From an uncultured Candidatus Rokubacteria bacterium (GTDB lineage: Bacteria > Methylomirabilota > Methylomirabilia > Rokubacteriales > CSP1-6), in contig CAVWFS010000011.1 in the NCBI GenBank assembly GCA_963754315.1, positions 160,001 through 224,000 on the forward strand: a DNA stretch of 64,000 nucleotides. The letters run 5' to 3'. The notes beneath the pieces are model-generated. The model was not told where the DNA came from. It made no database searches and was given only the letters and a program-made list of their open reading frames with translations. A program made the position numbers and the translations under genes. This document shows positions 33,345 to 43,107 of the stretch, one piece after another. Every line of letters starts with the position of its first letter. The stretch's first letter is position 1.

Positions 33345-33665
33345 GCTGCTTATTATCGGGCGCTGGGAATCTCCTCAGCACCGCCCTCGTCGGGGCTCTT
33401 CTCCCACCGGACGTGCCGGAGTGGCACATGCTCCGCGACTGGCTCATAATCCTCGGTTGGGCGTCGGCCACGTCCTCGACGCGATGACGGCGGCCCGCCA
33501 TCACATGGAGCTAAGGCAATCGGTGTTCGGCTGGCGGGCTGGAGTTCTACCGAGAGAGCAACCAGCGCACCCTCGCGACGTGGGCAGGCGTGGGGACGGA
33601 CCCGCTCCCGTGGCGAGCGGTGGAACATCGGGGCGCTGAACGTACTGAAGCGCGCGCCCGGAGTG
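33345..33665 (+). pseudogene. Copy 1 of a repeated small hypothetical ORF family (frameshifted)
   Basis: NLLSTALVGALLPPDVPEWHMLRDW...GVGHVLDAMTAA.HHMELRQSVFGWRA; DNA-similar to 46415-46752. Confidence 0.6.
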
Positions 33666-33780
33666 AGCAGACTGGTCGGGCTCGCCCCGTTTTCAGAGAC
33701 GGAACGTAAGAAGTGCGGACAAGCGCGGCAAGGGAGAACGGTATGAAGGGCCGAACTCCAGCGGGCTACGCCGTGCGGCA

Positions 33781-34215
33781 TCAGGGGCAGGGCACCGGCG
33801 TCCAGTTGACTGACTTCCGGGGGCCACACGGCTGAAGGCCGAATGACTGCTCGCACACGCCATACCCCTTGAGGTCGCTCAGGCGGAACACGATGTTGAG
33901 GAGAAGGGTGTCGGGGACAGGCCAATAGCCAGTGGTGAGAACCATCCGAATTTCCGGGCCGTCGTTGCCGCTAGTTGAGTGTGACGCTCCGCTGACGGGG
34001 CTTGCACCCCCAAACTCCCCCGGCAATGGGAGGACCTTACCTACAACAGTAGCGAGATCGGGCGTGGAAGGGTCGACAAAGAAGAAGAGGCTAAAGGTTG
34101 TCTCTACACTTGACAATTGCCAGCATACCGGTCCGATCGTAGCGGCAAGCACCGCGTTCGGGAGGGCCAGAACGCCGACGAGCGCGCACAGCGCGATGGC
34201 ACATGAGCGGATCAT
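33781..34215 (-). CDS. Secreted 144-aa protein, 4-Cys family, paralogue 1
   Basis: Signal peptide; TIGPVCW, SPVSG, GYGVC...C...WTPVPCP; sigma54-like AGGCAAGACCGATGCT at 34264-34279. Confidence 0.7.
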   Translation of the reverse strand: MIRSCAIALCALVGVLALPNAVLAATIGPVCWQLSSVETTFSLFFFVDPSTPDLATVVGKVLPLPGEFGGASPVSGASHSTSGNDGPEIRMVLTTGYWPVPDTLLLNIVFRLSDLKGYGVCEQSFGLQPCGPRKSVNWTPVPCP

Positions 34216-35002
34216 AGCGTGTCCTTTTCTCGATGGAGCCCTCTGCCTTGATGCCCCATCACCAGCATCGGTCTTGCCTGAACTTGCTCGAGTGGCACAT
34301 CTCGCCATTAGCTGTCTTTGCCAATGGCAGTTCCCCCTGTCAGGTCTGCTGCGCGTCACCCGTCTTCTCTTCCCCGAGAAGACTGCTAGCCAACAGGGAT
34401 AGGAAACTACTCGGAAAGGAAAGCTTCACCGTGAAGGCTCAGGAGCTGCCACAGCGGCGAGCTTCAGACTGAGCACTGGCGGGAGAGGTTGCGAATCGTG
34501 GTTTTCCATTCGAGGTGTAGACGTAGTTCGGCAAGATGCGTACCACGGTGGGTGAGATAGCTAACGTGCCAGCCAATGGAGCTTTCCCAGCAATACCGTC
34601 TGCCGGAGAGTGGACACGGGCAGTCAAGCCATCCTTATTTTGGTGCCTCTCTGACCACTTTCGTTGAATGAGTGTCCTCAACCAACAGACGGTGGTCGAT
34701 CCCGGATAACTGACACCTCAGCGTCAACATCCTCGCGCCTCCGTGGGGTGTCCCCACCCGCGCTCCTACCAGTCGCTCCTGAGGAGACGCTTGTTCCGAA
34801 CGGTGGCGCGGAATCAGCCTTGGTCACGAACAAGCACCAGGCAGGATTTGAGGGTCGATTTTTTCCACGGTTCGCAAGGCCCCGTTTGTCAGGTCGCGCG
34901 AAGACGGCCTATCGAACAAGCGACGGCAGCGGTGGCTCCAGGTCACCGAGTGGCAAGGAGTTCGCCCGGGCGGTCATCGCCACCACGGCCGAGAACCCGG
35001 GA

Positions 35003-35430
35003 TCAACAGGCCGCGGGCCGTAAGGTGAGGGAAGCAGTCAGAGTTGACGAAGGGAAGCCGCACGTCCCAATGCCGTGAGGCTCAAAAGGTCGGATCCGCA
35101 CATCTCGCGCTGTGGGCAGGTCGAGGCCCCGGTCTGCCGGCACGACCCGGATCTCGCCGACGTCACTCCTGAATCCCAGCCCGCGCCGCCGGCCCTCCGA
35201 CGCGAGCAGCAGCGCCCCGGCCATCGCGTTGGCCACATCGTCATGGGCCCCGGCTGGATGGTCGATCGCATCGCGGCCGCCCGTGGTGGTCCGGCGCTCG
35301 AGGGCCAAGAGCTGGCGCGTCAGCTGCGGGTCGTCCAGAAGTTCCACCGCACCGCTGGTGAGCAGGGGGAGCACGTCGCGGTAGATCTCCGACCGGGTCC
35401 GGTCAGCGGGCTTGTAGACGAAACGAGGTA
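35003..35430 (-). pseudogene. Phage terminase large subunit, C-terminal nuclease remnant
   Basis: RSEIYRDVLPLLTSGAVELLDDPQLTRQLLALERRTTTGGRDAIDHPAGAHDDVANA. Confidence 0.7.
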
Positions 35431-35449
35431 CGTCTCGCCCGCCGTCAGC

Positions 35450-37123
35450 TTATTGCTCCGCGGCCGCCTTCCTGCCATCGATGAGCGCGCGCACCTGAGC
35501 GCGTAGCTCCGCAATCTCCCGCTGCTGCCGCTGCAGTTCGTTGAGCAGCATCGCGGGCAGGACGTGGTAGCGGACACCAGCGGGCTGGCCGTCCTTGTCG
35601 AGCACCACCAGGTCGGGGTAGATCTCGGCCACCTCTTCGGCGATCAGGCCGTACTCCAGCGGCCCGTCGGGCGGGTGGCTGCGTGTATCGGAAGCTGACG
35701 GGACGAAGCTGTGCAGCGCACGGCTCTGCGTCGCCCAGGTCGTGAATGTCGTGTCTTGACCCGACGGGAGGAACTCGTGGTGCCAAGCTGTCCGGTGCTG
35801 TCGATCACGACCGCGAGCGCGTCGGCGACCCCGGTGGTCACGCCGAGGATGCCCGGCGATGAAGGTGGCCGTCTGGGTGCCCGGGGTGCCGATGCGGATG
35901 AGGGCGGTATCGGCGGCGGTGCCTTGGTTGCCGATGTGGATGTTGTTACTCCCCGTCGTCACATTGGCCCCGGCGAATTGGCCCCGATGGCGGTGTTGTT
36001 GCTGCCCGTGGTGTTGCTGGCGAGGGCGGCGGCCCCCATGGCGGTGTTGTCGGTGCCCGTGGTGTTGCTGATGAGGGCGCGGGCCCCCGCGGCGGTGTTG
36101 CTGCCCGTGGTGTTGTGGAGGGCCTGGGTCCCCATGGCGGTGTTGCGGTACCCGTGGTGTTGTGCGAGGGCGGTCACCCGTGGCGGTGTTGTTGCTGCCC
36201 GTGGTGTTGCTGGGAGGGCGGCGGCCCCCGTGGCGGTGTTGTCGGTGCCCGTGGTGTTGCTGACGAGGGCGTTGACCCCCGTGGCGGTGTTGCTGCTGCC
36301 CGTGGTGTTGCTGGCGAGGGCGCTGCCCCCGTGGCGGTATTGTTGCTGCCCGTGGTGTTGCTAGCGAGGGCGTTGATCCCCGTGGCGGTGTTGACGTTGC
36401 CCGTGGTGTTGCTGAAGAGGGCGGTGCGCCCCGTGGCGGTGTTCTCGCTGCCCGTGGTGTTGCTGGCGAGGGCGCCGAACCCCGTGGCGGTGTTGTGGTT
36501 GCCCGTGGTGTTGTTGAAGAGGGCGCCGCTCCCCGTGGCGGTGTTTTGAGCTGCCCGTGGTGTTGCTTTGAGGGCGCTGGAACCCCACGGCGGTGTTGTT
36601 GTTGCCCGTGGTGTTGCTGAGGAGGGCGCCGTCGCCCAGGGCGGTGTTGCCGTTCCCCAACTCCTCCACGTCGAGTGAAGTAGCCGTAGACATCGACCAC
36701 CAGATGGGTGTTGACGATCGACTGCACGATGACCGTTCCCCCCGCCCCGAGCCCGATATCGATGGCGTTGCCCACATCCTCGCCGGCGCCGAAATTCACC
36801 GCCGCCGTCTGGGGCAAGGGTCCGCTCGGCCAGGCGGCCATGTGCCCCGGCCCTTGCGGCTGGGTGACCGTGAAATTGAGCGCGGCGCCGGCCGCCGTGG
36901 TGGGGACGCCACAGTCGGTCCCCCCGGTGGTCACCCCGCCGATCTGGATGGTCCTGGGCATGTTCGCCTGGAGGGGCGTTCCCGTCACGCGGGTGTCGAG
37001 CGCCCGGCAGGGGGTGGCCAGCGGGATGAACTCCGGCCCGCTATGGGGCTGCGCGGCGGCCGAGGTGGCAAGGCTGAGCGTCAGGGCGAGCAGGAGCGTC
37101 AGGGACACACAAAGCGATGCCAT
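35450..37123 (-). CDS. Secreted beta-helix adhesin/tail-fibre-like protein with Peptidase_S74 chaperone (multiple apparent frameshifts)
   Basis: Signal peptide; PCRALDTR...VVDVYGYF domain; 14-aa NTTGxxNTAxGxxAL repeats; SSRRVK...PVSFRY...YGLIAEEVAEIYPDLV and coiled coil. Confidence 0.8.
   Translation of the reverse strand: MASLCVSLTLLLALTLSLATSAAAQPHSGPEFIPLATPCRALDTRVTGTPLQANMPRTIQIGGVTTGGTDCGVPTTAAGAALNFTVTQPQGPGHMAAWPSGPLPQTAAVNFGAGEDVGNAIDIGLGAGGTVIVQSIVNTHLVVDVYGYFTRRGGVGERQHRPGRRRPPQQHHGQQQHRRGVPAPSKQHHGQLKTPPRGAAPSSTTPRATTTPPRGSAPSPATPRAARTPPRGAPPSSATPRATSTPPRGSTPSLATPRAATIPPRGQRPRQQHHGQQQHRHGGQRPRQQHHGHRQHRHGGRRPPSNTTGSNNTATGDRPRTTPRVPQHRHGDPGPPQHHGQQHRRGGPRPHQQHHGHRQHRHGGRRPRQQHHGQQQHRHRGQFAGANVTTGSNNIHIGNQGTAADTALIRIGTPGTQTATFIAGHPRRDHRGRRRARGRDRQHRTAWHHEFLPSGQDTTFTTWATQSRALHSFVPSASDTRSHPPDGPLEYGLIAEEVAEIYPDLVVLDKDGQPAGVRYHVLPAMLLNELQRQQREIAELRAQVRALIDGRKAAAEQ
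35985..36655 (-). repeat. About 42-bp coding tandem repeat (roughly 15-16 units)
   Basis: Repeated GTGGCGGTGTTG...CCCGTGGTGTTGCT...GAGGGCG on the plus strand. Confidence 0.9.
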
Positions 37124-37361
37124 AAGTGCCCTCCCTCTCAAGGTGATAGGCCGCAATCGTGACACCGACGCCGCCCGGTCGGCAAGGGTGGCAGGCGGGA
37201 GGTGTGTCCGCGACGACCGTGACGACGCAGTCGGGGGGCGCGGGAGATGTTCGCGAGGGGCGTTGCGAGATTCTCCACTCCCTATCCTGAGGCTGGGGCA
37301 CATGATAGAGTGTGCTCCTATCCAGTTCCGCTTGCTAGGAACCAACACGATCGTGTAATAT

Positions 37362-37577
37362 GTGGCTGTGATGCCCGAGGCGAAGCGGTTCGCAGACCGG
37401 GTGAGGGCCCAGCGCATTACTCGCTCCTGGTCGATGCGCGACCTGGCCAGCCACGCCGGCATCCACGAGAACTACGTCGCCATGATTGAGAAGGGCAAGC
37501 AGGTGCCCTCCCTCGACGTGGCCGCGAGGATCGCCCGCGCCTTCAAGGTGCGCCTGGGCGAGCTGTTAGACCCCTGA
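37362..37577 (+). CDS. XRE-family HTH regulator
   Basis: WSMRDLASHAGIHENYVAMIEKGKQVPSLDVAARIARAF. Confidence 0.85.
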   Translation: MAVMPEAKRFADRVRAQRITRSWSMRDLASHAGIHENYVAMIEKGKQVPSLDVAARIARAFKVRLGELLDP

Positions 37578-37592
37578 GGGTGGGAGGACGCG

Positions 37593-38397
37593 ATGCGTCG
37601 AGGTGATGGGATCTATCTCCGGGGCAACACCTGGTGGCTGGACTTCACGTTCAAGGGTGAGCGGTACGTGGCCCGGCTGGCGAAGGGTGTCAACAAGACG
37701 GTGGCTCGTGACCTGGCCCGGGTGAAGCGGGGAGAGATCCTGACGGGGGCATCCGGGATCGGCCCCAAGGGCCCGAAGAAGGACCCGACGTTCGAGCAGG
37801 CTCGTACGGCCTTCCTGACGTGGGTGGCCACCAACAAGAAGCCTCGGACCCACCAGAGCTACGGGGAATGCTTGACGGCGCTCGGGACGGTATTCGGGGG
37901 ACGGCGGCTCTCCCAGATCGACGAGCTGAGCATCGAACGGCACAAGCGGACGCTGGTCGAGGCTGGGCACCTGGTCACGGCCACCGTCGGTCGCGGTGCT
38001 CCGGGCGATGATCAACCGGTGCCGGGTGGACTTGAAGATCTACGAAGGACCGACCCCTCGGATTCGACTGCTCAAAGAGCCCAAGGGGCGCCTTCGCTTC
38101 CTCGACGCCGAGGAGGAGGCCCGCGTGCTGGCCGTGGCCCGTGAGCCACTACGCACGATGATCCTGGTCGGCATCCACACCGGGCTCCGGATCAAGTCGG
38201 AAGCGTTGACGCTCCAGAAGCAGGACGTCGATCTGGCCCGTGGGCTTGTCACCGTCCAAGCGGCCTACGCCAAGAGCGGCAAGACGAGGACAGTCCCCTT
38301 GAATCACGTGGTCAAGGCGGCTCTGGCCAGGATCATTGAGCGGACCCCAATGGTTTTCACAACACCCTCCGCGACGGTGGTTGCGCTGTCGCGCTAA
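37593..38397 (+). pseudogene. Tyrosine integrase, frameshifted and C-terminally truncated
   Basis: GIYLRGNTWWLDF arm-binding region; RLRFL...HTGLR...KSGKTRTVPL; HxLRH and catalytic Tyr region missing. Confidence 0.8.
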
Positions 38398-38417
38398 GAG
38401 TGCAGAATATCAGACGC

Positions 38418-38493
38418 GAGCCGTTAGCTCAGTTGGTAGAGCACCTGACTTTTAATCAGGGGGTCCCGGGTTCGAGTCCCGGACGGCTCACCA
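38418..38493 (+). tRNA. tRNA-Lys(UUU)
   Basis: GAGCCGT/ACGGCTC acceptor stem, D-arm TAGCTCAGTTGGTAGAGC, CCTGA-CTTTTAA-TCAGG, GGTTCGAGTCC, encoded CCA. Confidence 0.97.
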
Positions 38494-39729
38494 AGTAATT
38501 CTGCTGGGGTATCAGGAACTTCCGAAGCAGTGCTGCTCTCCGGATTCGAGCCCGAATCGGTGACATCGGTGACAAAAAAACCAAAATTTTCGTCATCGGT
38601 GACGACCAGCCGTGCGGCTTCGAGCCGGTCGATGACGCTCCGGTCCCCGGTGGGAATCCACGCGGCGTACCACCGCATCGTGGTCACCGGGCTCGCGTGG
38701 CCAAGCTGGGCGCTCACGTACGTGATCGGCGCATTGGCCTCCAGCAGATGCGTCGCGAAGCTGTGACGCAGGTCGTACAGGCGATGCTTCGGGCAGCCCG
38801 GCGCGGGCCATGATCTCCCGGAACCGGCGCGACACGTTGCGGCGCTCCAGGAACGTCCCCGCTGCCGTCGGGAAGATGTACGGGCTCGGCATCGGTCCCG
38901 CTGGCCAGCGCTGTCGACCTCGGCGCTCGCCTGGAGCGCGCTCAGCGCCTCGGCCAACCGACGCGTCACGTCCACATCCCGCGCCGCCTCCGTCTTGGTC
39001 GCCTTGATCGTCCCGGCCGCGCTCACCGCCCGCTCGACGTGGAGCGTCCGGCGCACCGGATCGAAGTCCTCGTACCGGAGGGCCAGCCCTTCACTCGGCC
39101 GCACACCCGTATCGGCGAGGGTGAGATAGAGCACGGCATCCCGGGGCGAGCACCAGCGCGCCACCGCGCCGAGGAAGATCGCCAGGTGCTCGCGCGACAA
39201 CGGCCGGATGTGCTTGGTGCGCTCCGCCTTGGACACCCGATCCGGCCGCTTGCGGCGCTCCTGCGCGAGCACGCGCGCCGGATTCTCGCTGATGATCCCG
39301 TCGCCCACCGCATCGCCGAGTAACACGCACAGGGTGGCGCGGATCAGGCGCGTGGAGTTGCCGGACAGCGTGTGCCGCTTGGTGGCGAGCAGCGCGCGGA
39401 TGTGGCCCCGGTGAATGTCCCGGACGCGGAAGCCGCCCAAGGTCGGCGCGATGTGCCGCGTGAACAACTGCCGGTAGCTGTCAAGCGTGCTCGCTTCGAT
39501 GGTCGCCGTCTGCTGCGGCGCCCACTCGTCCCACCACTCCTGCAGCGTGGCGTTGCGATGCGGGGAGACCGCCGGTTGCGGTTTGCCCGCTTCGATCTTC
39601 TGCTCGGCGAGCCACTGCTTCAGCTTCGCCCTTTGTGCGGAAGCTCTTACGGATGCGCTTCCCGGTGGCATCGAAGATGTCCGCCTGGAAGACGGTGCGG
39701 TTCGCCATCTTTCGCCTGCGTATCTTCAT
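38424..39729 (-). CDS. Tyrosine integrase of the tRNA-Lys element (apparent indels near 39630 and 38790-38900)
   Basis: TGVRPSEGLAL, KATKT, YDLRHSFAT, QLGHAS...RWYA catalytic motifs. Confidence 0.87.
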
Positions 39730-39926
39730 CCTCGACGTCCTTTCCGTGACCGCTGTGTCAGATCCTTCGCCACGAACTGCACCAGCCTGGCCATCGGCTC
39801 AGGCATCCTCACGTGGCCCGTCTCCCATCGGCAAACGGTCACCAGGTGGACGCCGAGGCGTTGGCCGAGGGCGGCTTGGGTCAGGCCGAGGCGCGTGCGA
39901 AGCCGTCGAAGTTCGGGTCCGGTCAC
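39726..39926 (-). CDS. Small HTH protein (Cro/excisionase-like)
   Basis: LRRLRTRLGLTQAALGQRLGVHLVTVCRWETG; ATGA overlap with the integrase. Confidence 0.8.
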   Translation of the reverse strand: MTGPELRRLRTRLGLTQAALGQRLGVHLVTVCRWETGHVRMPEPMARLVQFVAKDLTQRSRKGRRG

Positions 39927-39950
39927 GAGCTAATTTTAACATGATGCTAA

Positions 39951-40256
39951 CTAGTTTCTCGTCGCGAAACGCGTTCTTGTGAACGAAGTTTCGAGGATTT
40001 GAGGCACCTGAGCCGGCTCAGTGAGCGGAAGCGAGGGGGCAATCGCGTGGTTCCGTTGGGCCAGGGCGCTTACAGCAAGCACTTTGATGAACGCTTCGGT
40101 CTCAGGGCCGGTGAAGGGACACTTGCTGTCAGACCGCGCGGGGCTTGAGGAGTGTCGAGGCGGCGCGTCGGTGTCGTACGCGTCGCTGGCCCACGAGGTC
40201 GACGATCCGCAGCAGGTTGTTGGCCAGCACGACGGCTCCCACGAAGATGTGGAAGT
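39951..40256 (-). mobile_element. 3' remnant of an IS (IS5/ISNCY-like transposase tail and probable terminal repeat)
   Basis: Minus strand reads FVGAVVLANNLLRIVDL...stop and ends in GTTTCGCGACGAGAAACTAG; abuts the truncated repeat gene. Confidence 0.45.
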
Positions 40257-41662
40257 GAACCCGGACGGCACAGCGTTCGAGGTGCTCCACGCGTTCATCT
40301 GTGTGAGCGACGGGTGCTTTCCCAGAGCGGGCCTGACGGCGGGCAGCGATGGGAAGTTCTACGGCACGAGCCTGAACGGCGGCGCCGCGGGGCGGGGGCA
40401 CGGTCTTCCGATTGAACCCGGACGGCACGGCGTTCGAGGTGCTCCACGCGTTCACCTGTGGGAGCGACGGGTGCGGTCCCTACGCGGGCCTGACGGCGGG
40501 CAGCGACGGGAAGTTCTACGGCACGACCCAACGTGGCGGCGCCTCGGGAAGGGGGGGCGATCTTCGCCATAGAAACTAGCGGTAGCATTCTCGGTGGTCA
40601 CCGCGCTCGGCTGCCGCACGCCGTGCTTTCCCGGCGCGGGCCTGACGGCGGGCAGCGACGGCAAGTTCTACGGCACGACCACGGAAGGCGGCGGCGCCGC
40701 GGGCGGAGGGCACGGTTTTCCGGTTGAACCCGGACGGCACGGCGTTCGAGGTGCTCCACGCGTTCGTCCTGTCGGGAGCGACGGGTGCTTTCCCATCGCG
40801 GGTCTGACGGTGGGCAGCGACGGGAAGTTCTACGGCACGACCTTGGTCGGCGGCGCCGCGGGCGGGGGCACGGTCTTCCGGTTGAACCCGGACGGCACGG
40901 CGTTCGAGGTGCTCCACGCGTTCATCTGTGAGAGCGACGGGTGCCTCCCTGCGCGGGCCTGACGGCGGGCAGCGACGGGAAGTTCTACGGCACGACCCAG
41001 GACGGCGGCGCCGCGGGCGGGGGCACGGTCTTCCGGCTGAACCCGGACGGCACGGCGTTCGAGGTGCTCCACGCGTTCACCTGTGCGAGCGACGGGTGCA
41101 CTTCCCTCGCGGGCCTGACGGCGGGCAGCGACGGGAAGTTCTACGGCACGACCCGAGGCGGCGGCGCCGCGGGCGGGGGCACGGTCTTCCGGGTGAACCC
41201 GGACGGCACAGCGTTCGAGGTGCTCCACGCGTTCATCTGTGAGAGCGACGGGTGTTTTCCCAGCGCGGGCCTGACGGCGGGCAGCGACGGGAAGTTCTAC
41301 GGCACGACCTCGTGCGGCGGCGGCCGCGGCGGGGGCACGGTCTTCCGGTTGAACCCGGACGGCACGGCGTTCGAGGTACTCCACACGTTCACCTGTGGGA
41401 GCGACGGGTGCGTTCCCGCCGCGGGCCTGACGGCGGGCAGCGACGGGAAGTTCTACGGCACGACCGACGGCGGCGGCGCCGCGGGCGGGGGCACGGTCTT
41501 TCGGTTGAACCCGGACGGCACGGCGTTCGAGGTGCTCCACGCGTTCACCTGTGAGAGCGGCGACGGGTGCGGTCCCGACGCAGGCCTGACGGCGGGCAGC
41601 GACGGGAAATTCTACGGCACGACCCGGTTCGGTGGCGGTGGGGGTGGAACGGTCTTTCGCCT
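40257..41662 (+). repeat. 156-bp (52-aa) coding tandem repeat, about 9 units
   Basis: GGGCCTGACGGCGGGCAGCGA at 40955, 41111, 41267 and 41423 (156-bp period), plus copies near 40329, 40486, 40638, 40800 and 41582. Confidence 0.93.
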
Positions 41663-42214
41663 TGCAATCCGCGTCTTTTTGCACGGCAGCGGGGGGACGG
41701 CTAATCCTCCGACCCCTTCCTCGATTCCGTCGTCCCGGTCGCGACGACGGCAAAGTACAAAGACTCTCCTGCTGTCAACTTCAGTGGTGGGAACCCCTGG
41801 AAACCGGTCGGCACGTGGAATGCCTCTCCGGCGGTTTCGGCGGGAGAACTTGCTTCGCTGAGCGCCCTTCACGTGTGGCTTGGTTTGAAGAACAGCGACG
41901 ACCAAGGGACACGGTTCGATCTCCAGGCTCAGATCCATAAGAATGACGAGCTCATAGCATCCGGAGTCACCCGGTGCATCGCGGACATAACGAGAAACGC
42001 GAACCTGGCTAGAGCGGTCACCGTCTCCTTCGATCCGTTCACCCCGGCGGCCGACTTCAACGGCACCACGGACGTCCTGAAGCTGACGGTGCGGACGCGG
42101 ATCGGAACGAATCCCGACGGTACGAAGTGTGCGGGCCATAACAATGCTGTCGGTCTGCGCCTCTACTTTGATGCGGTGAACCGAGCATCACTGTTCAGCG
42201 CCGAGGCTCCATGA
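40257..42214 (+). pseudogene. 5'-truncated GloVer-type (choice-of-anchor tandem repeat) beta-propeller protein with C-terminal 'LKNSDD' domain
   Basis: Repeats GLTAGSDGKFYGTTxxGG..GGGTVFRLNPDGTAFEVLHAF; C-terminal HVWLGLKNSDDQGTRFDL; no start or signal peptide; indels. Confidence 0.8.
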
Positions 42215-42299
42215 AGTGGCGCGGTGGGCAGTCGCCAGCGCGCGCAGGGAAGGCGACCTGAGGTGGGTGCGCGGACCGCGGTTGGCTCCGTGCACTCAC

Positions 42300-42460
42300 C
42301 GAGCGCAGGCGGCAGCCTTGAGGTCAGAATCTTCTCGATGAGATGTTTCGATGTACCTCTGCGGCGAGTCGAGACGCAGAGGCTGTGCGGCGACCGCCGT
42401 CCCACACTTGCGGCAGAACGTGGCCCCTGGGCGATTCGATTCGCAGAGGTGTGTGGCATT
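42300..42460 (-). pseudogene. Degraded zinc-ribbon N-terminus of a cyclase-AAA protein
   Basis: NRPGATFCRKCGTAV...DSPQRY / KHLIEKILTS in shifting frames. Confidence 0.5.
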
Positions 42461-42463
42461 CCG

Positions 42464-42841
42464 TCAGAGGGGACGAATGAGTCCGAAAGCCTGTAGCACC
42501 TGGATGGCCGCGAGGACAACGCCGATAACCGCGAGAACGAGCGAGTACCGTCCCAGGTTCGTGGCGGCCGCGTCAAGCTTCTCCATGGTTTTGGTGAGAT
42601 GTTCAGTATTCTTTAGTTCGATCTCGGAGATGATCGCCTCTCGAAGAGCCTTCACGTTCGCTTGGCGACTGCCTGAACTCGAAAGCATCGAGGTCGCCGC
42701 GACCAATGTTCGTGTGGAACTTTCCCGGATCTCGCTCAACCACTGCGCGTAAGCGGGTACGTCCGCGATGTTAGCAATGTTGGTTGCGGTTTCGGCGACG
42801 GTTCGGGTCAGGTCCGCGATCTTCCGCTCAGCTGTCGTCAT
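42464..42841 (-). CDS. Hypothetical coiled-coil protein with C-terminal TM helix
   Basis: GAAGGA RBS; helical body; YSLVLAVIGVVLAAIQVLQAF. Confidence 0.55.
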   Translation of the reverse strand: MTTAERKIADLTRTVAETATNIANIADVPAYAQWLSEIRESSTRTLVAATSMLSSSGSRQANVKALREAIISEIELKNTEHLTKTMEKLDAAATNLGRYSLVLAVIGVVLAAIQVLQAFGLIRPL

Positions 42842-43107
42842 GTCAGCGTCCTTCCCACGGGCCGCATCTTCCGGCCCGTCGCCAGAGTGGTGACTCCCCT
42901 GAGGTTAGACCAGCTACCCTAACGGACGGTAGCCCAGCAGCACCGCGTCGTTCGTGAGCCTTTTTCCACTCTTTCTGTCGGGGCTGGGGGCGTCATGGTA
43001 CTTCGCCGTTGGCCTGCACCGTACGAGCCTCGAGTTGCATGATCGGCGCGCAAACTGACTCGGATGCAGCTATGAGGCAGCGCGAAAAGACGGTAGGCTC
43101 GTCGTCC

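Noticed and set aside
35985..36655. Possible CRISPR or non-coding 42-bp repeat array
   Set aside because: Encodes 14-aa beta-helix repeats on the minus strand.
40257..41662. Possible CRISPR array or DGR
   Set aside because: The period is a multiple of 3 and encodes protein repeats; no unique spacers, cas genes or reverse transcriptase.
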